A stretch of DNA of 64,000 bases, from assembly GCA_977017645.1 (NCBI GenBank), contig OZ360232.1:38626001-38690000 (forward strand). The letters are read 5' to 3'. A program made the position numbers and the translations under genes. The stretch's first letter is position 1; the number at the start of each line of letters is the position of its first letter. This DNA comes from Torpedo marmorata (lineage: Eukaryota). The notes below the pieces were generated by a model, which saw only the letters and a program-made list of their open reading frames with translations, searched no databases and was not told the DNA's origin. Below are positions 36,900-48,288 of this stretch, in pieces.

Positions 36900-39290
36900 A
36901 TGGGATTGTGTAAAATATATTGTTTTTTGAAATGGCAACTGTTCTGTTTAGTGCTTCCCTGGAACCTGATTTCTGGACAGATACGGTATTCGGTTCCCGA
37001 GGAACTACAGCGAGACGCCTTTGTTGGGGATATCGCTGCTGATTTGGGTTTAGATGTACTACGGCTTTCCGCCCGAAATTTTCGCATAGTGCCCAGTCCC
37101 AAGAAACAGTATTTTTATGTAAAATTAGACAAGGGATTTTTACTTGTGAACCATGAAATTGACAGGGAACAGATCTGTGGTTCAGCCCCCGCTTGCGCAT
37201 TGACTTTGGAGACTGTAGTTGACGACCCTCTGAACGTCTATCATATCGAGGTGGAGATTCTGGACATAAACGACAACGCTCCCCAGTTCCCAAAGAAGGA
37301 GTTGCGTTTGGAAATATCCGAGTTGGCGGCACCTGGAGCCCGCTTCCCTTTGGAGTCTGCTCATGATCCGGATGTAGGCACGAACTCGCTGCAGACCTAC
37401 CGATTGGCTGCAAGCCCATATTTCGAGTTAGATGTGCAGTCTCGCAGTGGGGATAGTAAGTTCCCGGTTCTCGTCATGGAAAGGGCTCCGGACAGAGAGT
37501 ATCAGTCCACTCTGCAGTTGCTGCTGACGGCTCTTGACGGAGGCATTCCTCAACGTTCGGGCACAGCACAGATTATTATCCGCATACTGGATGCCAATGA
37601 TAATGTTCCTACGTTTAGTCAGGCGCTTTACAGAGCTCGATTGTTGGAAAACGTGCCCACAGGAACACTGGTGATCAAAGTCAACGCTACCGATCTGGAT
37701 GAAGGTTCCAACGGAGAGATAATGTATTCATTTGGAAGCCACACTTCGATCAGAGCGCGGGAGATATTCAGTTTAGATCCTAAAAGCGGGGAGATCCGAG
37801 TGAAAGGACCTCTGGATTTTGAAACGGGAACAGAGTTGGAAATGAGTGTACAAGCTGAGGACCAGGGGTTCCATTCTGTGCCCGTGCATTGCGATGTGCT
37901 TGTTGAAATCGTGGATGTGAACGATAACGCACCAGAGATGGCAGTAACCTCTTTGTCCAATTCAGTCGCCGAAGACGTTCCGCCGGGGACTGTGGTGGCC
38001 TTAATCAGTGTCACCGATTCTGACACTGGCGAGAATGGAGAAACCCACTGCAAAATTCCAAATGGCCTTCCTTTTAAATTAGATTCGACGTTTAAGAACT
38101 ATTACCGATTGCTCACTAAAGATGTACTCGACCGAGAAGCGGTTTCTCAATATGGCATCACCATTAGCTGCACAGATGCAGGGTTGCCCGCGCTTACAAC
38201 CAACAAAACCATTCAACTCAAGATCTCAGATGTAAACGACAATCCTCCACAGTTCTCGCAGTCATTGTACACGGCCTATGTGACAGAAAACAATGTCATC
38301 GGCAGTTCCATCTATTCGGTACCAGCTTCAGATGCAGATATAAACCATAATTCCAAACTGTTTTATTCTATTCTTCAGACTCAGGCCGGCGGTTCTCCAG
38401 TATCCGGTTACGTATCCATAAATTCAAATAGCGGCATAATAACCGCTGAGCGTTCTTTTGACTACGAAGAGCTGAAGAAGATTCAGATCGAGGTCCAAGC
38501 AATAGACACTGGAGAGCTCCCACTGAGTGCCAATGTATCCATTAATGTGATCATCTTGGATCAGAACGACAACGCCCCTGTGATCCTCTCCCCAAGTCCA
38601 GAGTACGGTTTGACAGCAGTGGAGACATTATCAAGATCAGCGGAACCAGGTTATCTGGTGACCAAAGTATCTGCTGTGGATGCAGATTCGGGGCAGAATG
38701 CAAGACTTACTTATGAATTGTCCCAGGTTCCTGACCCTGGTCTTTTTACTATTGCGCCTGACACAGGAGAGATCTGGACAATCCGTCGGGTTGTGAATGA
38801 AGATGCAACCAAACAAAGTTTGGTGGTTGTGGTAAAGGATAATGGGATCCCGCCACTTAAGGCCACAGTTAATATAATATTAACACTTGAAGGAAGTGAC
38901 ACAGAAATTCTCTCTGAATTGAGTAGCATCGGTGAAGATCTCGGATTCCCTTCGGACATCAGCCTTTACTTGGTCATTGCTCTGGGAACGATCTCGTCTG
39001 TTTTCCTCGTAATTTTAGTTATCCTGGCTGTTCAGGTCCACAGAAGCAGGAACGCTTTTTACCATCGCAGCTGCACTTTGGACACGTGTTGCATGAGTTC
39101 AACACATTCCCTGAATGGAATACAAAAAGCCAGTGTAAACCTTCAGATCCCCCCGAATTATGTTGAAGTGTTTGGTCGTGATCCACTGTCCCAGGATTGT
39201 TTTTACGAGGTATGTTCCTCACCGGACATATTTCTCAAGATCCAAAATCCAACCGCAAAGGGCAACCGTGTCCCCGTGGCATTAATGTGA
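36900..39290 (+). CDS. Pcdh: Clustered protocadherin variable exon V7 (last before the constant exons; 3' end ambiguous)
   Basis: ORF 36867-39290, first in-frame ATG 36900; intact EC1-6 and TM. Stops at 39290 before the homologous donor AAG|GTGAGG (39347, out of frame); in-frame donor GAG|GTATGT at 39210. Confidence 0.9.
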   Translation: MGLCKIYCFLKWQLFCLVLPWNLISGQIRYSVPEELQRDAFVGDIAADLGLDVLRLSARNFRIVPSPKKQYFYVKLDKGFLLVNHEIDREQICGSAPACALTLETVVDDPLNVYHIEVEILDINDNAPQFPKKELRLEISELAAPGARFPLESAHDPDVGTNSLQTYRLAASPYFELDVQSRSGDSKFPVLVMERAPDREYQSTLQLLLTALDGGIPQRSGTAQIIIRILDANDNVPTFSQALYRARLLENVPTGTLVIKVNATDLDEGSNGEIMYSFGSHTSIRAREIFSLDPKSGEIRVKGPLDFETGTELEMSVQAEDQGFHSVPVHCDVLVEIVDVNDNAPEMAVTSLSNSVAEDVPPGTVVALISVTDSDTGENGETHCKIPNGLPFKLDSTFKNYYRLLTKDVLDREAVSQYGITISCTDAGLPALTTNKTIQLKISDVNDNPPQFSQSLYTAYVTENNVIGSSIYSVPASDADINHNSKLFYSILQTQAGGSPVSGYVSINSNSGIITAERSFDYEELKKIQIEVQAIDTGELPLSANVSINVIILDQNDNAPVILSPSPEYGLTAVETLSRSAEPGYLVTKVSAVDADSGQNARLTYELSQVPDPGLFTIAPDTGEIWTIRRVVNEDATKQSLVVVVKDNGIPPLKATVNIILTLEGSDTEILSELSSIGEDLGFPSDISLYLVIALGTISSVFLVILVILAVQVHRSRNAFYHRSCTLDTCCMSSTHSLNGIQKASVNLQIPPNYVEVFGRDPLSQDCFYEVCSSPDIFLKIQNPTAKGNRVPVALM

Positions 39291-39790
39291 CAAAAATAAC
39301 TCTAACTTCAAGTGATGTAACTGATAGAACCTCTGTATCCAAGAAGGTGAGGCGGACCATGCATAACAGCCTCGATAATCATTGTTCGATCCGTGCATGT
39401 CTTCTGATGGTTCGATATTAGCAATTGTGCGTAAAAATAATTAGCGCGAACGAAAATTTCCCTGGCTTTTCTAAGGGCAGGTTCACGAGTGAAAGTTTTT
39501 GTTGCCATGTTTAGCTTAACAAAGATGCAAATATAATTCATTTTCCTTTGCATTGTTTTGTATTGATTGCGCTGTGCTTAAATGAAGCAGTCAACAGATT
39601 TTTCCCAGTAAATTTAATTCGCGTCACTTGATGCGTAGTTACCAAGAGTAATGATGGAACAGAAGTATTTGTATGGAACAATTTCAATAGTTATTGAGGA
39701 GAACTTCTGAGTGCATCAAGTTTGACAACATTAAATGTGTTTGGAAATATAATATGTCAATCCTGCCCATTAACAGTGCCACCCTTGAAT

Positions 39791-40128
39791 TAGAACCATG
39801 GAAACATAGAACATTACAGCACAGAAACAGGCCCTTCAGCTCTTCTATAGTCTGTGCCGAATTTATTTCTGCCTTGTCCCACTGACCTGCACCCAGTCCA
39901 TTGACCTCCGAACCCCTCCCATCCATGTACCTGTCCAAATTCTTCTTAAATGTTAAAAATGAGCCCGCATTCACCACCTCAGCTGGCAGCTTGTTCCACA
40001 CTCCCACCACTCTGTGTGTGAAGAAGTTCCCCCTAATGTCCCCCCTAAACTTTTCCCCTTTCACCCTTAACCCATGTCCTCTGGTTTGTATCTCACCTAC
40101 CCTCAGTGGGAAAAGTCTACCTACATTT
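39791..40128 (-). mobile_element. CR1 LINE 3' fragment
   Basis: Minus ORF KGEKFRGDIRGNFFTHRVVGVWNKLPAEVV...LDRYMD plus 3' tail. Confidence 0.85.
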
Positions 40129-40589
40129 AAAATAAAATATTGGAGTTTATTTAAATAATAAGGTCATTGCATGAACAAATTAAATCAACAACTTTTGTTG
40201 ATCTCTGAAAGTGAATGAGACAGCTAAGGTGCACTAAAGCCAAGGTTACTGAAATAGCTGATCGATTTGTCTTGCACTATAAAATAATTCCATGAAATAC
40301 AACGTACATAAGAGTGTGGGTCGAGGGGAGTGGTGGAGCTGATGGGTATATAAATCACCAATGGTGTGTGTTTCTTGTATTTTTGTGCATATTGTAGTTT
40401 ATGGAATCACAGACATTTGGATGTGAAAGACTACAATATTTTTCTAAATATCTCACAATGGGTATATTTATAGTTATTGTGTTGGTTCTGGAGTATACTA
40501 AACTAAAGCAAGACAAATTTGGGTCCGCCTTGGAACAAATATATATTTCAGAAGTAGTAAGGCATGATACTTTGGTTTGCCTCGATATA

Positions 40590-41100
40590 AGAGGTAACTT
40601 GGAGTATTGTGTGCAGTTCTGGTCACTACATGGTAGGAAGGATGTGGTTGTGAGGGAGACAATCCAGAGAGATTCACCAGGATGTTGCCTGGATTAGTGG
40701 ATTTTAGTGGTGAGGAAACCTAGGATGGACTTATGTTCCTGGAGAAAACTGCGTTGAAGGATGATGTGATGGAGGCATATAAAATTACAAGTGGCATAGA
40801 TAGGGTAGATGGTCAGAACTGTTTTTCATGGTTGGCATATCAAAAATAAGAAGGCAGAAACTGAGAGGAAAGTTTTTTTTTACATAGACTGTGTTTATTA
40901 TCTGGAATGTGCTGCCAGAGAAAGTGATAGAATCAGAAATAATCAATATGTTTGAGAGATATTCCAACAGGCACTTGAATGGGCAAGGCATAGAAGGACA
41001 CAAATGTAAAGCAGGCAAATGAGATTACTGTAGGTAGCCAAATAGGTTGGCATGTACGTGCAGTGGATTAAAGGGCCTCTTCCTGTGCTGTACTATGTCT
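40590..41100 (+). mobile_element. Old CR1 LINE 3' fragment
   Basis: LEYCVQFWS motif and degenerate 3' UTR gggcctcttcctgtgctgta. Confidence 0.7.
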
Positions 41101-42209
41101 CTGCAATTTAAATGTTGTTAGACAATTTGCAGATTAATGTTGTCTGATCACGTCTGAAACCAAGGAATTCACCAGGCAACTAATTTGGTTGATAGAGTCC
41201 TGCCTCCAAATAAAACAGATTTGGAGACCCACTACAGCATGAAATCTCTACTTGTTCCAGAAATCAACATTGATTTTCCATGGGAAGAACACAGAACAGG
41301 AGACGTCTTGGATGTGTGTGGTGAAGTACAAGTGTTTCTGGAGATGAAGTATCATTGAAATGGCTGAATGTGCTGATCTGTCTCATCAGGAGCATGCTTC
41401 TTTGGATAATGATCCAAGTAGATAATTGATCACCATCCTAACTAGAAATACAATGAACCAAGATTCTAATCCCTCTTGTAATTGAGCTGGTATTTTACAA
41501 ATGAGCCACTGAATGGATTTTTGGTTGCAAAACTATTTACAGCAGAGTATCAAAAGAAATATGGATTCCTCACGCAAATTGTGTTGCAAGCCTCCTGAAA
41601 AACACTTGTGCGAAGAGCAGATTACAAAATTTAAGCCAATCGTTTATCACATCAACATGCTCCGCAATGTCAGCGTTAACGTGCTTCAGGATTTTTTGTG
41701 AGAATGCATGCTGCTCCACTTCTTTTGAACTGTTGAGTGGAAGTAATCAGCCATTCCTGCTGTCCAGCAATTCATGTGTTGGCCACACGTACTCACTCTT
41801 CCATTCATTTCAATGTATCAGTTTTTAACAAACATGTATTATAAGGCATTAATATATTTAATGAGTGATTGCAGTCTGTATGTGCAGGGAAACTTCTCAA
41901 TTCCAGAATGATTCTTTCTGACCCTCTTGCCTAATTGCACTTAATGCATTCACAGAGATAGTTCGATCGTCAGTGGATATTGCTACACAAAACATGGGTT
42001 GATTCTATTTTGATATGGAGTGCAAATAGAGCTGCATGATTATTTAATATAGTTCAACTTTTTTTGGAACCATTTTACTAAAGTTGGAGAGCAACATTAA
42101 AATAGCAAAAATTAACAAATTATACAGGCATTTAAATATGTAGCTGCTATCCTGAAATTTGATAGTCATTTAAATTTTCCCCTTTTACCCTGAACCCATG
42201 ACCTCAGGG

Positions 42210-42513
42210 AGATACAAACCAGAGGACATGGGTTAAGCGTGAAAGTGGAAAAGTTTAGGGGAAAAGTTTAGGGGGAACTTCTTCACACAGAGAGTGGTGA
42301 TAGTGTGGAACGAGCTGCCAGCAGAAGTGGTGAATGCGGGATCAATTTTAACATTTAAGAAGAATTTGGACAGGTACATGGATGGGAGAGGTATGGAGGG
42401 CTATCCACTGGGTGCAGGTCAGTGGGACTAGGCAGAAAAATAGTTCTGCATGGACTAGAAGGGCCGAAGGGGCCTGTTTCTGTGCTGTAATGTTCTATGG
42501 TTCTATGGTTCTA
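42210..42513 (+). mobile_element. CR1 LINE 3' fragment
   Basis: Near reverse complement of 39791-40128; tail (ttctatgg)n. Confidence 0.85.
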
Positions 42514-43194
42514 AATGCAAGGAGAACGTGACTTGTATCAATAGCTGACATTTTGAATTAACTGTAGCATAGGTTACCTTCTGGACTGATTTCCCTCAGT
42601 TATTCTGTGCTCCAAATTAACATTTGTTCCAAATGGTCTATGGTTCCACAGACATGTCACAAATATGTCAGTATTATACATGTTTTAGATGACTGAACTG
42701 TATTATAAATCCGTTACTGTGGTTAAAGAAATATCTGCACTCAACAGTTCTCTAAAACAATTATCCAGAGTAGGAGCCAGGAGACATAGGTTTGTGTCAC
42801 ATGCTGTTCTGAACCTTTATGTTTAGGAGAATTTGCAAGCCTACATTTGGTGATTGCTTCAAACTTGAATATGGAAAAAATGAACAGTGAAATATGGGAA
42901 AAAATCTGATCGCTTATCAGACCAATTGGCAGTTAAACAGTGACTAGTACAAAGCTAAAAGTATGTGAGGCTTAGCCCCAATGACTCATCATATCTGAGT
43001 ATTAAATTAAATACTTAATTGTATAAAATTTGTTTTAATACTGTGTGATTGTTTTACAATATCATTATAATGAATTGCATCTTTTTCTTTTCACGCCAAT
43101 GCTTCTTTGCAAAATCATGCAGTATTAATGCTGTTTTATCTATAAACAGCATGCAAAAGGATATCATTACTCAGTGTCATGGGAGAAATTAAGA

Positions 43195-43400
43195 GCAGTG
43201 TGATTACGGTGTCAGTGACCAGGGATCAATTCCGGCGCTGTGTGTAAGGAGTTTGTGCCTTCTCTCTGAGCCCACCTGGGTTTCCTCCCACATACCAAAC
43301 ACATATGGGGTTAGTGGGTGAATTGGTCACAAAGGTGAATTTGGGTGGCACAGGTTCGTGGGCTGTTACCGTGCTGTATCTCTAAATTAAATTAAATTTA
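43195..43400 (+). mobile_element. Degenerate V-SINE
   Basis: ggatcaattccggcgctgtgtgtaaggagtttgt...ggtttcctcccaca...gttaccgtgctgtatctctaaattaa. Confidence 0.75.
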
Positions 43401-43860
43401 GCAGCCCAATCCTAAGGTTTGGTCTTTATGATTTAAAAAAATACTGAGGTTAACTTCTGCAAAAAGCAATAGTACTTACAGGGTTACAGAGTCTAATGTA
43501 CACGGGTAAAACAGTAAATCTTGTATTTTTGGTAACTGTAGATCAGTGGTTTTCAAACTGCCCCCCTAAACTCACATTCCACCTTAAACAATCCCTATGC
43601 CATAAGTGCTCTGTGATTAGTAAGGGATTGCATAAGGTGTGATGTGAGTGGAAAGAAAAAGGTTTGAAAACTACTGTTTTAATCATACCTAATTGACTCG
43701 TTATGTGCACGGTTTCATAACTCCAAAGGAAATGGGCTAATGACAATTTTTCTCAAGCAAAATATTTCAGTAACAATTGGGTCTAGAGCAGTGGTTCTCA
43801 ACCTTCCCTTCCCACTCACATACCACCTTAACTAATCCCTTACCAATCACAGAGCACTTA

Positions 43861-44110
43861 TGTGAATTTAGTTTAAAAAGGGCGCTTTTCCAGGCCTCGG
43901 TCTGTTCAGTTGCGTTGGAGTGTTGGAGTGGGAGGAGCGACTGGTGACTGGTGCTTGGTGAGTAATTTGGAGTTGTGAATTTAGTTTAAAAAGGGCGCTT
44001 TTTCGGGCCTCGGTCTGTTCAGTTGCGTTGGAGTGTTGGAATGGGAGGAGCGACTGGTAACTGGTGCTTGGTGAGTAATTTGGAATTGTGAATTTAATTT
44101 AAAAAGGGCG
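43861..44110 (+). repeat. 113-bp tandem repeat (about 2.2 copies) at the CR1 5' end
   Basis: Unit TGTGAATTTAGTTTAAAAAGGGCG... starts at 43861, 43974 and 44087. Confidence 0.9.
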
Positions 44111-47100
44111 TGGAGGGCAAAGGGCTAGGTTAAGTGGTGATCAGTAGTAGTAAGAAATTGGGTATTTGAGTAAATTAGCAGTGACCTATAACAGGAAGGG
44201 AAGTTGAGGGAGTGGCCAGGGAGTGAGTGGCAAGTGAAGGAGTGGAGCTCTGAGGCTTTGGCTCGAGAGGCTTCGGCGAGCAGACGCTGAGAAAGTGCTA
44301 CCGGAAAGGTAAGGTTGGTAAGTTTATTCCTATTTAATCTAGTTGTAGTTAAGAGGGGGTTATGGAGACAGTTGGGGCAGTCATGTGTTCCGAATGCAGG
44401 ATGTGAGAGGTCAGGGACAGCACAAATGTTCCTGTTGACCACACCTGCAAAAGGTGCATCCAGATGCAACTCCTGGGAGACCAAGTTAGGGACCTGGAGT
44501 TGCAGCTGGATGAACTTCGGATCATGAGCGAGGCAGAGGTAGTCATAGAAATGGGTTTCAGGGAGACAGTCACCCCAAATAGACAGGAGTCAGCTAACTG
44601 GGTGACTGTGAGGAAAGGGAAGGGGGGGTAAACAGACAGTGCAGGGAACCCCAGTGGCCATTCCCCTCAATAATAAGTATACTGTTTTTGATAATGTTGG
44701 GTGGGACGACCAACCAGGGACAAGTTGTGGGGGTCAGGTCTCTGGCACGGGGGATGGCCCCTCCACTCAGAAGGGAAGGGGGGAAAAGAGGAGAGCTTTT
44801 GTAATTGGGGAATCGCTGGTTAGAGGAACAGATAGGAGGTTTTCTGGACGAGATCGGAGCTCCCGGTTGGTATGTTGCCTTCCAGGGTCAGGGATGTCTC
44901 TGATCGAGTACACAGCATTCTGGAGGGGGAGGGCGAGCAGCCAGGTGTCATGGTCCACGTGGGGACCAATGACATAGAAAGAAGTGGGGATGAGGTCCTG
45001 AAGAAAGAATATATGGAGTTAGGAAGGAAGTTAAAAAGCAGGACCTCGAGGGTGGTAATCTCAGGATTGCTGCCTGTGTCACGCGCTAGAGAGGGAAGGA
45101 ATAGGAAGATGTGGAGGATGAATGCGTTGCTAACGAGTTGGTGCTGGGGGCAGGGGTTCACATTTGTGGATCATTGGGATCTCTTCTGGGGTAGGTCTGA
45201 CCTGTTCAAAAGGGATGGGCTGCACTTGAACTTGAGGGGGACCAATATCCTGGCAGGCAGGTTTGCTAGAGCTGTTGGGGAGGGTTTAAACTAGTTTGGC
45301 AGGGGGGTGGGAATCAGAATGAGAATGCAGAGAGTAGGGTAGAAGAACATCTAGATTTGAAAGAAGAGAGGAACCAGAATGTTAAAGTTAATGAAGGAGA
45401 GGGTAATCAAAGGAGTGTATGTGGGGGACATTCTCTCAAGTGTATGTATTTCAATGCAAGGAGCATTGTAAGAAAGGTGGATAAGCTTAGAGTATGGATT
45501 GATACATGGAAATATGATATTGTAGCCATCAGTGAAACTTGGTTGAAGGAGGGGCATGATTGACAGCTAAATATTCCTGGATTCCGTTGTTTTAGGCGTG
45601 ATAGAACAGGGGGTTAAAAGGTGGAGGAGTCGCATTACTTGTTAGAGAAAGCATTACAGCGGTGGTATGGCAGGATAGATTGGAGGGCTCGTCCAGTGAG
45701 GCTATTTGGGTGGAATTGAGGAATGGGAAAGGCATGAAAACACTAATGGGAGTGTATTATAGACCACCAAATGGGCAGATGGAATTAGAGGAGGAAATTT
45801 GTAAGGAGATAGAATATATGTGTAATAAACATAAGGTGGTGATTATAGGTAATTTTAACTTTCCACACATTGACTGGGACTCCCATACTGTAATAGGGCA
45901 GGATGGGTTGGAGTTTGTCAAATGTGTTCAGGAAAGTTTTCTCAATCAATACATAGAAGAACCGACGAGAAAGGGGGCAGTATTGGATCTCCTATTTGGG
46001 ATCGAGATAGGTCAGGTGACAGAGGTTTGTGTTGGGGAACACTTTGGGTCTAGTGATCATAATACTATTAGTTTTAGGTTGATAATGGAGAAGGATAGGG
46101 CTGGGCCTAAGGTTGAGATTCTTGAATGGAATAAGGCAAATTTCAAGGAGATGAGGAAGGATTTAGAGGGTGTGGATTAGGATAATTTATTTTCAGGGAA
46201 GGATGTCACAGATAAATGGAGGATATTCAAAGGGGAAATTTTGAGAGTACCTGTGAGGATTAAAGGAAGAGTTAGAAAATATAGGGAGCCTTGGTTTTCA
46301 AAGGATATTGGGAATTTGGTTCAGAGGAAGAGGGATGTGTACAACAGGTATGGACAGCAGGGAATAGATGAGGTCCTTGAGGAATATAAGGAGTGTAAAA
46401 AAAACTTAAGAAAGAAATTAGAAAGGCTAAAAGGAGATATGAGGCTGCTTTGGCAGGCAAGGTAAAAATAAATCCAAAAGGTTTCTACAGGTGCATTAAA
46501 AGCAAAAGAATAGTGAGGGATAAAATTGGGCCCATTGAGGATAAGACGGGTAGGCTATGTGAGAAGTCAGAGGAGATGGGGGAAATTTTAAATGAATTTT
46601 TTTCTTCAGTATTTACAAAGGAAAGTAATATTGAGCCAGGTGAAGTAAGGAAATCTGGCAGTGAGGTCATGGATAATATAAAGATTAATGAGGAGGTAGT
46701 ATTGGCTATTTTAAAGAGTATAAAGGTGGATAAATCTCCAGGTCCTTACAGAATATTCCCGAGGACCCTGAGGGAGGTTAGTGTACAAATAGTGGGGGCT
46801 CTGACAGAAATATTTAAAATGTCACTGGCCACGGGGGAGGTGCCAGAGGATTGGAGGGTAGCTCATGTTATCCTGCTGTTTAAGAAGGGCTCCAAGAGTA
46901 AACCTGGAAATTATAGTCCTGTGAGTCTGACATCGGCGGTGGGTAAATTAATGGAGAGTGTTCTTAGAGATGGTATATACAGTTATTTGGAAAGACAAGC
47001 ATTGATTAGGAGTAGGCAACACGGTTTTGTTCATGGTAGATCATGTTTAACAAATCTCATAGAGTTTTTCGATGAGGTTACTAAGAAGGTTGACGAGGGG

Positions 47101-48288
47101 AAGGCTGTGGATGTTGTCTATATGGACTTTAGTAAAGCATTTGACAAGGTTCCGCATAAGAGGCTAGTTAGGAAGGTTCAAGCATTAGGTATTAACAACG
47201 AGGTAGTGAAAAGGATTCAACAATGGTTGGATAGGAGATGCCAGAGAGTAGTGGTGGAAAATTGTTTGTCAAATTGGAGGCCGGTGACTAGTTGAGTGCC
47301 TCAGGGATCGGTACTGGGTCCATTATTGTTTGTCATATATATTAATGATCTAGATGATAGGGTGGTAAATTGGATTAGTAAGTATGAAGATAATACGAAG
47401 ATTGGTGGTGTTGTTGACAGTGAAGAGGGATATCAAAGCTTAGGACAGTTAGAAGAGTGGGCAGAAACATGGCAGATGGAGTTTAATACTGATAAATGTG
47501 AGGTGCTACATTTTGGTAGGTTTAATCAGCAAAGGTCATACATGTTAAATGGAAGACAATTGAGAAGTGCAGTAGAACAGAGGGATTTAGGAATTCTGGT
47601 ACATAATTCCCTGAAAGTTGAGTCACACGTAGATAGGGTGGTGAAGAAAGCATTTGGTATGTTGGCCTTCATAAATCAAAGTATTGAATATAGGAGTTGG
47701 GATGTCATGTTGAAGTTGTATAAGGCATTGGTGAGGCCAAATTTGGAATATTGTGCGCAGTTTTGGTCGCTGAATTATAGGAAGGATATAAACAGAATAG
47801 AGAGAGTGCAGAGGAGATTTACAAGAATGTTGCCTGGATTTCTGGGTTTCAGTTACAGGGAAAGGTTGAACAGGCTGGGACTTTATTCCCTGGAGCATAG
47901 AAGGTTGAGGGGTGATTTGATAGAGGTATTTAAAATTATGAAGGGGACAGATAGAGTCAATGTGGACAGGCTTTTTCCATTGAGAGTGGGGAAGATTCAA
48001 ACAAGAGGGCATGGATTGAGATTGAAGGGGGAAAGTTTAGAGGAAACATGAGGGGGAATTTCTTCACTGAGGGTGGTGGGAGGGTGGAATGAGCTTCCGG
48101 CCGAAGTGGTAGATGCCAGTTCAATTTTAATGTTTAAGGAAAAGTTGGATAGGTATATGAACGAGAGAGGTGTGGAGGGTTATGGGCCGGGTGCGGGTCC
48201 GTGGGACTAGGTGGGAGAAGGTGTTCGGCATGAACTAGAAGGGCCGAACTGGCCTGTTTCTGTGCTGTAAGTGTTATATGGTTATATG
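43863..48288 (+). mobile_element. Full-length but inactivated CR1 LINE (5' UTR repeats, ORF1 Zn-finger/coiled-coil + SGNH esterase, ORF2 APE + RT)
   Basis: ORF1 remnants CSEC...TCKRC, VIGESLVRG, VHVGTND, DGLHLN; ORF2 remnants YFNARS, ISETWL, VYYRPP, SSDH, QHGF, PQGSVLGP, YEDN (degenerate YADD); several stops and frameshifts; tail (gttatatg)n. Confidence 0.93.

Noticed and set aside
2816-39222. Many short antisense and alternate-frame ORFs inside variable exons, some recurring between paralogues
   Set aside because: Shadow ORFs caused by cadherin codon patterns; recurrence follows paralogy of the sense strand.
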